Assembly (NCBI GenBank): GCA_031366795.1 | Contig: JANLOX010000246.1 | Coordinates: 1 to 21,675, forward strand | Direction: 5' to 3' | DNA: 21,675 nt | Source of the DNA: Candidatus Eiseniibacteriota bacterium | Lineage (GTDB): Bacteria > Eisenbacteria > RBG-16-71-46 | Shown: positions 15,703-21,675 of the stretch, one piece after another | Layout: each line of letters opens with the position of its first letter | How positions within the stretch are numbered: position 1 is the first letter of the stretch | Position numbers and translations under genes: made by a program | The notes under the pieces: model-generated | Seen by the model: only the letters and a program-made list of their open reading frames with translations | Told to the model about the DNA's origin: nothing | The model's database searches: none

Positions 15703-16300
15703 GGTGCACGGCCAGACACTCGAATGGTGGGGGTTCACGAACGAGGCGCTCGCGGCCTATCGCACAGCGCTCGTAATCGCCCCGGGAGCCCCGCGCGCCA
15801 TCCCGGGCCGAGGCCCTCGTGACCGCGACCCGCGGCCACCAGCGGGCCACTGCCGGGCTCTGAGCGGACACCGCCGTGGGCGTTGGCGAAAGCCGCGCTG
15901 CCGCAGTATCCGGGTCATCCGCAGAATCGGGCAGGCGACGCTCCAGCAACAGCAGTGAAGCCAGGGTCAGGGCGAGGACCATGACGCTCGAACCGGTGGT
16001 CACCACCGAAGCAAGGGCCCACCACGTCGCGCCGGTAACACCCACCAGGCCGGCGAAACAAGGCATGCCGTGGCTTCGCCATGTGGAGCGCCCGTGCCGG
16101 AGCGTGCGACTGATGATTATTGCAATTCCCAGCATCGAGGATCCCATCGCCAGCACCAAGAACAGGCGCTGGAAGGTGGCCCACAGCACGGGACCGGTCT
16201 CGGCGTCCGCAAGTGCTCCGCAGGCAACCGCTCCGATCCCCCAGCCGATCGACAACGCTATGAGCGCGAGCGCCCCCCGAATTCGGATCCAGTGTGTCAT
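15683..16300 (-). CDS. Hypothetical membrane protein (about 4 TM helices in the first ~120 aa)
   Basis: Four hydrophobic stretches; the C-terminal ~80 aa are low-complexity and may not be genuine. No family recognised. Confidence 0.42.
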   Translation of the reverse strand: MTHWIRIRGALALIALSIGWGIGAVACGALADAETGPVLWATFQRLFLVLAMGSSMLGIAIIISRTLRHGRSTWRSHGMPCFAGLVGVTGATWWALASVVTTGSSVMVLALTLASLLLLERRLPDSADDPDTAAARLSPTPTAVSAQSPAVARWWPRVAVTRASARDGARGSRGDYERCAIGRERLVREPPPFECLAVHQLKHRA

Positions 16301-16507
16301 GCCGGGCGTTTATGCATGATGTGCGCCATCGCCTCGGCACGGCTAACGTGTTGAATTCATTGAGCCACAGGCCCGCCGGAGGAGGGGGCGTTGTAATTCG
16401 GGGTCTCGCTTGGGCTCCCGACAGGCGATCTTCCCCCTCGCGCGCGCTACCCTCGACGACCGCGGCAGGTGGCGCCAAATACCTCCGGGCCGAGCAACGC
16501 TCGCGGC

Positions 16508-18960
16508 TCAGTTCACCCGGACGATGCGGGTCGTTGCGCTGCGATCCTCTGCCGTGACCCGCGCGAGGTAGACCCCCGGCGCGATCGGTTGCCCACCGGC
16601 ATCCCGACCACTCCACGCCAACACGTGGCGGCCCGCGGCCAGCGCGCCCTCGTGCACATTCGCAACGTGACGGCCCACAAGGTCGAATACCTCGACGGCG
16701 GCATCCCCGCCCACGGGCAGGTCGAGCACGAAGTTCATTGCGCCAGCCGCAGGATTCGGTGCGGCCGCGAGCCTCAGCATGCGAGCCTCCGTCGCGACCG
16801 GCACACCGGTCACCGACGCGGAATCCGCAACGAAGCCGACCGCGGCGAGCGCCGGAGTAATTTCAGGGTTCGCCATGAAGCGCTTCCACAACAGCCCGCT
16901 GCGATGGTTCTCGATCATCACCACGATGGGCCCCTGTCGATGGCGAGGTAGTCGCTTCCCGTCCAGTTGGCGCCTGGGTTGAAGGCGTCCTTGAAGCCAT
17001 CGAAACCCCACAGCGTGGCGCCGTAGGTGTTGTAGAACGTCCGCGCCGCGGCGAGTGATTGCTGCGGCACGTAGGGCATCGAGGCGAGTGCTGCCGTCGG
17101 CGTGATCGTGCCGTTGTCGCCCGAGTTCGCGGCGTGCGCGCTGTAGCCGAAAGGATCATCGCTCGCGGTGAGCCCCCAGCACGTCGCGGTGTAGCCCACC
17201 TTCGACAGTGGGTTCGCGGTGGAGTAGGCGACCTGCACCAGCGCGTGGTTGCGATTGTGCGTGTAGTAATTCGCGTACGCATCCCTCTTGAAGCGTGGGT
17301 CCAGCCCCATGAACGAATAGTGCGCGAAGAACATCGGTCCGCCATACGCGGAGCCGACGTACAACGGGTAGCCGTAGTAGCTCTGGTTGAGCGCCATCGC
17401 GCCGTTGCGCGCCCAGCCCTGCTGGTAGAACGTCGCGGGCACGGGGTGCGTCGGCGAGGCGATCGCGAGCAGGTAGGTGATCATCGCCTCGTTCCAGCCC
17501 GTCACGTAGTCCGTCGACAGTCCGGCCGTCGGCGAGCGGTGCCAGCGCAGGGTGCTCTCGCCCGAACCCACGAACATGTTCCACTCGATCGCCTCCCACA
17601 TCTGCGTCGCCAGCGCGCGGATCTGCGTTTCGTCTGCGCTGCCGCCATCGAAGTACTGGCGCACGCTCAGCAGCCCCTGCGCCATGTACGACGTCTCGAC
17701 CAGGTCGACGGTGTCATCGTTGGGCCCGAGGAATCCCACGTGCGCGCCGGTGGCGCCGTTGATCCAGTGCGGAAACGCGCCCCAGTGCTTCTCGGCGGTG
17801 CCCGACAGAAAGGTCAGCACCTGCAACACGCGCGCGGTCCCCTGGGCGCGCGTGACGTAGCCGTGCTCGATGCCCACAGGGATCGTCATCAGCCCGAAGC
17901 CGGTGCCACCCGCGGCGCACACATCGCCCGACGAAGAGCGCTCGCGGATCAGGCCCGACACCGGATGCGCGCCCTGCCAGAAGTAGCGGAACGTCGCGCG
18001 CTGGATCATGTCCATGAAGTCGGCGTCGCCGAGCGCCTGCGTCATCAGCGTGAACGTCGCCGTGGGCGCCGACTCGCGGAAGCTCCAGTCCTCAGCGACC
18101 ACGCGCAGCGTGCACGCCACCGCAGAAGCACCCGCCCACAGGCTGACGCCACCATCCTCCGCTGCTCCCCACACCCACGGCTTCCACACGCCGTTGGTCA
18201 GGCGGTCGACGCGATGCGATTCGATGTCGGCAGCGACGGGCAGGTCCCACAGCATGTCGATATGGCGCTCGAACGCCATTCCCTGGGCACCCGAGGGCGT
18301 GGGCGGCGGCGTGAGGTCGGCCTTAATCCAGCGGATCTCGTCGAGATAAATCGTGCGCTGCACGTTCATCGTGCCGGTGGGCGTCTGGCAGAAGAACATC
18401 TTGTTGATGATGGTGATATTGGCGCTGCCCGGTCCGCTCTTGAATGGAGCGAGCGGCATCACCAGCCGCGTCCAGGTGGCGGCGGGAACACCCGCGGCGT
18501 TGTACGTCGCCATCGAGTAACGCGGCGTGCGCGTATTGTTGTAGTCCTCGATGAACGCGTAGGGCAGGCTGGCGCTCGGGATCGCGACGCTCGAGTAGGC
18601 CCAGAACACCAGCGAGTCGAGCGGCGTGCCGTTGACCGCGGCGAACCCGCTGTTGGCCACACCCAGCAACCAATCGCCGCCACTCTGCTGCTTGAAGTTC
18701 AGGCGGATGGAGGTGGTGCCGCGCCACTTGGTGGTGTACTCGAGCGGCGCCTTGCTGCTGACATTCTCGACCGTGCTCGCGCCACTCTGGGCGGCATAGG
18801 AGAAGTCCCAGAATGTCCCGCCCGCGCCATCGCGGAACAGGCGCACGCCCTGCGCGAACGAGGGAGCGGCAAACAACATGCAAGCCAGGGTGGCGACGAT
18901 GAGGGTGGCGAGGGCCAGAATTGGGCGCCGGCGGATGCTGGAGCGAGGAGCAATGGTCAT
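16508..18960 (-). pseudogene. Secreted GH144 (DUF3131/'glucoamylase') beta-1,2-glucanase-like protein with CBM-like and Fn3-like N-terminal modules and FlgD-Ig tail; 1-nt frameshift at ~16936
   Basis: Motifs 'QRATFRYFW..AHP.SGL.RER', 'GGTGFGLM', 'GAFPHW', 'DLVET', 'GWNEAMITY.LA..SPTHP', 'GGPMFFAHYSF.GLDP', 'WGLTAS', '[14 protein letters not shown]', 'GFKDAFN'. ORF 16918-18960 ends at YLAID and the expected continuation [16 protein letters not shown] is in another frame. Restoring one C gives 817 aa. May be a sequencing error. Confidence 0.85.
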
Positions 18961-18966
18961 GGGATA

Positions 18967-18975
18967 AGCGTATCA
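18967..18975 (-). promoter_or_regulatory. Extended -10 promoter, leaderless geometry, for the GH144 gene
   Basis: Minus strand TG-A-TACGCT-N6(TATCCC)-ATG(18960); no SD. Confidence 0.55.
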
Positions 18976-19108
18976 GGGTGGCAGGCGCAAGACGTACCCG
19001 CATTGTGAATGATAGGCTCAAAATGGGCCGGGCGAGTTCTCCCGGGAGAGCCATTCCGCTCCATCTTGTTTCACGGTGTTCCATGCCACCACGCTTACGG
19101 GGCTAGCA

Positions 19109-21675
19109 ATGCGATTCGAACCCGGCCAGCAACTCGGGCACTACCGCATCGTCGAGCAACTCGGCGCGGGCGGCATGGGCGAGGTGTGGCTGGCCGAGGA
19201 CACGAAGCTTGGCCGCCAGGTGGCACTCAAGCGGCTGCCCGCCGCACTCGCCGGTGATCCGCAGTGGCTCGAGCGCTTCCGCCGCGAGGCGCGCACCCTC
19301 GCCTCGCTCAACCACCCCAACATCGTCACGCTGCACTCCGTCGAGGAGTCGGGCGGCACAACGTTCCTGACGCTGGAACGGGTGCGCGGCCGCACGCTGA
19401 CGCGCGCGATCCCGCCGGGCGGTCTCCCCGCGCCACGGGTGCTCGAACTCGCGATCCCGATCGCCGAAGCTCTCGCCGCGGCGCACGGACAAGGCATCGT
19501 GCATCGCGACTTGAAGCCCGACAACATCATGCTCGGCGACGACGGCCGCTTGCGCGTGCTGGACTTTGGCCTCGCGACCCAGGCGGTCGCGGTCAGCTCA
19601 TCCGCGAGTGCTACCGACACGGCCACGGTTGCCATCGGCAGCCAGGAACTCACGCGTGAAGGGACGATTCTCGGCACCGTCTCCTACATGTCGCCCGAGC
19701 AGGCACAGGGCAAACCGGCCGATGCGCGTTCGGACATCTTCTCGATCGGCATCATTCTCTACGAAATGTCGACCGGGCTGCGGCCATTCTCCGGCAGCGG
19801 CCAGATGTCCATCATCGCCGCGATCCTACGGGACATTCCCGCGCCCTGCGACCGGCTGAATCCCGCCGTCCCGGCGCGGCTCGCAGCGCTGATTCAACGC
19901 TGTCTCGAGAAGGAACCCGCGGCGCGCTTCGATTCGGCGGTGGCGCTGCGCGATGAATTGCTCGCGCTGCGTGACTGGGTGCGCACAGAAGCGCTGCCCG
20001 AATTATCGCGCATCGTCGACCGCGTGCAGGGACTCGAAGAGGGCCCCGAAGCGTGGGAGGCATTCCAGCAGGGCCGGGAGATCGCGAAGTTGGCGCCGGA
20101 CGACCCGCAATTGCTCCGGTTCGCGACCATCTTCGCGCGCAATATCGCGGTGACGTCCGAGCCGCCGGGTGCCCGGGTGCTGGTCAAGTACTACGGCGCC
20201 CCCGAATCGGAGTGGACACCCATGGGCGTGACGCCACTCGACAGCGTGTCGTGGCCCAAAGGCTTCACGCGCCTGAGACTCGAGCTCGAGGGACATCGGA
20301 GCGTCGAGGACGTGTTGTGGAACATCGACTTCGTGGGCACGGCATTCCACTACCCGCTGTTCGCGCCGGACCATTGGCCCGCCACGATGGAGTGGATTCC
20401 CGCCGGCGAGTTCCCCTTGTTCATGCCCGGCCTCGACCACTTGAAGGCCGAGCCGATGGCGGGCGTGTTGATGGACCGCGACCCCGTCACGAACCGCGAG
20501 TACAAACAATTCATCGACGCCGGCGGTTACCGCAACCGGGAATACTGGTGCCAACCGGTGTTCGCGGAAGGCCACGCGCTGTCGTGGGAGGAAGCCATGA
20601 CGCGCTTCGTCGACGGCATCGGCCAGCCAGGCCCCGCCGGCTGGGAAGCGGGCGACTTCCCCGCGGGCGATGCGGACTTCCCGGTCTCGGGCGTGAGTTG
20701 GTACGAAGCCGCCGCGTACGCGGCATGGGCGGGCAAGAACCTGCCCACGATCTTTCATTGGAATCGCGTGGCGTTCACGTGTGCGAGCGCCCAGATCATC
20801 GCGCAGGCGAACCTCGCCGGGCGCGGCATGGTGGCGGTAGGCACCACGCACAGCGCCAATCGCTACGGCATGCGTGACCTCGCGGGCAACGTGCGCGAGT
20901 GGGCGTGGAATGCGAGCAGTCACGCCGATCATCGCTTCCTGCTGGGCGGGGGTTGGAACGACGCGGAGTACTCGTTCAACGACGCCTGGGCACAGTCGGC
21001 GCTCGATCGCTCGCCGACGAACGGCTTCCGTTGCGTTCGCTACGTCGAGCCGGAGACCAATTTCGAAGCGCTCACTCGTCGGATCGAGTTGCCGTTCCGC
21101 GACTTCCACACCGAGACGCCGGTGCCCGATGCCGTGTTCGAGTTTTTCCTGCGCCAGTTCCGCTACGACGCGACTCCGCTCAATGCCACAATCGACACCG
21201 ACGAACCCAGCCTGCTGGGCCGGTGGCAGACCGTCACGTTCGCCGCGGCGTACGGCGGCGAGCGCATGTGCGCCTACCTGTTCCTGCCCGAGAAGGGCCG
21301 CCCGCCGTACCAGACGGTGGTCATATTCCCCGGCTCGAACGCGATTCACACGCGCACTTTCAACGTGATGGACCTGAGACGCACCGACTACCTCACGCGG
21401 AGCGGACGTGCCGTGGTCCTTCCCATCTACAAGGGCACCTACCATCGCGGCGGCGAGTTCCACTCGGACTACCCCTCCGAGACCGCTCAGTATCGCGACT
21501 ACGTGACGATGTGGGCGCGCGACCTCGGGCGCACCATCGATTACCTCGAGACGCGCGACGACTTCGACACGAGCCGGATCGCCTACTACGGACTGAGTTG
21601 GGGCGGCTACCTGGGCGGCATCATGCCCGCGATCGAGAAGCGCATCCGCGCCAACGTGCTCTACGTGGCGGGACT
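19109..21675 (+). CDS. Ser/Thr protein kinase fused to FGE/SUMF1-like domain and alpha/beta hydrolase; truncated by the window end (>855 aa)
   Basis: Hand-translated, absent from the ORF track: MRFEPGQQLGHYRIVEQLGAGGMGEVW, VALK, HRDLKPDN (19502), DFGLA, GTVSYMSPEQ; FGE-fold motifs PVTNREY, PVSGVSWYEAAAYA, DLAGNVREW, GFRC; hydrolase AYLFLP, VVIFPGS, nucleophile motif GLSWGG (21590). All are in the same frame. Confidence 0.92.
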   Translation, partial: MRFEPGQQLGHYRIVEQLGAGGMGEVWLAEDTKLGRQVALKRLPAALAGDPQWLERFRREARTLASLNHPNIVTLHSVEESGGTTFLTLERVRGRTLTRAIPPGGLPAPRVLELAIPIAEALAAAHGQGIVHRDLKPDNIMLGDDGRLRVLDFGLATQAVAVSSSASATDTATVAIGSQELTREGTILGTVSYMSPEQAQGKPADARSDIFSIGIILYEMSTGLRPFSGSGQMSIIAAILRDIPAPCDRLNPAVPARLAALIQRCLEKEPAARFDSAVALRDELLALRDWVRTEALPELSRIVDRVQGLEEGPEAWEAFQQGREIAKLAPDDPQLLRFATIFARNIAVTSEPPGARVLVKYYGAPESEWTPMGVTPLDSVSWPKGFTRLRLELEGHRSVEDVLWNIDFVGTAFHYPLFAPDHWPATMEWIPAGEFPLFMPGLDHLKAEPMAGVLMDRDPVTNREYKQFIDAGGYRNREYWCQPVFAEGHALSWEEAMTRFVDGIGQPGPAGWEAGDFPAGDADFPVSGVSWYEAAAYAAWAGKNLPTIFHWNRVAFTCASAQIIAQANLAGRGMVAVGTTHSANRYGMRDLAGNVREWAWNASSHADHRFLLGGGWNDAEYSFNDAWAQSALDRSPTNGFRCVRYVEPETNFEALTRRIELPFRDFHTETPVPDAVFEFFLRQFRYDATPLNATIDTDEPSLLGRWQTVTFAAAYGGERMCAYLFLPEKGRPPYQTVVIFPGSNAIHTRTFNVMDLRRTDYLTRSGRAVVLPIYKGTYHRGGEFHSDYPSETAQYRDYVTMWARDLGRTIDYLETRDDFDTSRIAYYGLSWGGYLGGIMPAIEKRIRANVLYVAG

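Noticed and set aside
16930..16945. Programmed -1 frameshift in the GH144 gene
   Set aside because: No slippery heptamer, and the break falls within a conserved catalytic-domain motif, so the short product is unlikely to be useful.
17059..19008. 649-aa plus-strand ORF
   Set aside because: Antisense shadow of the GH144 gene; Arg/Ala/Val-rich with no motifs.
20003..21463. 486-aa minus-strand ORF
   Set aside because: Antisense shadow of the kinase fusion, which carries the recognisable motifs.

Overview
GC-rich bacterial window with no rRNA, tRNA or CRISPR. Two secreted proteins with C-terminal FlgD-Ig-like tails and a kinase multi-domain fusion suggest an FCB-group organism such as Ca. Eisenbacteria (inference only). 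Left to right: a complete IS1202/ISNCY-type insertion sequence (2-1491); a Ca2+/H+ antiporter; two Tat-exported ferritin-like paralogues; a Spy/CpxP-like protein; a small membrane protein; a cysteine dioxygenase-YeiH exporter-S4 protein operon; a DUF4331-FlgD secreted protein divergent from an ECF sigma/RskA-type anti-sigma/DUF4198/HupE-UreJ cluster; a nitrilase-family hydrolase; a nucleotidyltransferase plus small partner (candidate toxin-antitoxin pair); a GH144 beta-1,2-glucanase-like gene broken by a 1-nt frameshift; and a Ser/Thr kinase-FGE-alpha/beta-hydrolase fusion that runs off the right end and is absent from the ORF track. Main discovery: one ECF-type promoter motif, GC-T(G/C)ATCC-N16-CGTA, occurs with exact spacing upstream of four transcription units (ferritin pair, DUF4331, the sigma factor itself in degenerate form, DUF4198-HupE). 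This defines a candidate regulon of exported metal-binding proteins, three of which would expose an N-terminal His site after signal cleavage. Several genes also look leaderless (-10 hexamer, 6 nt, ATG).
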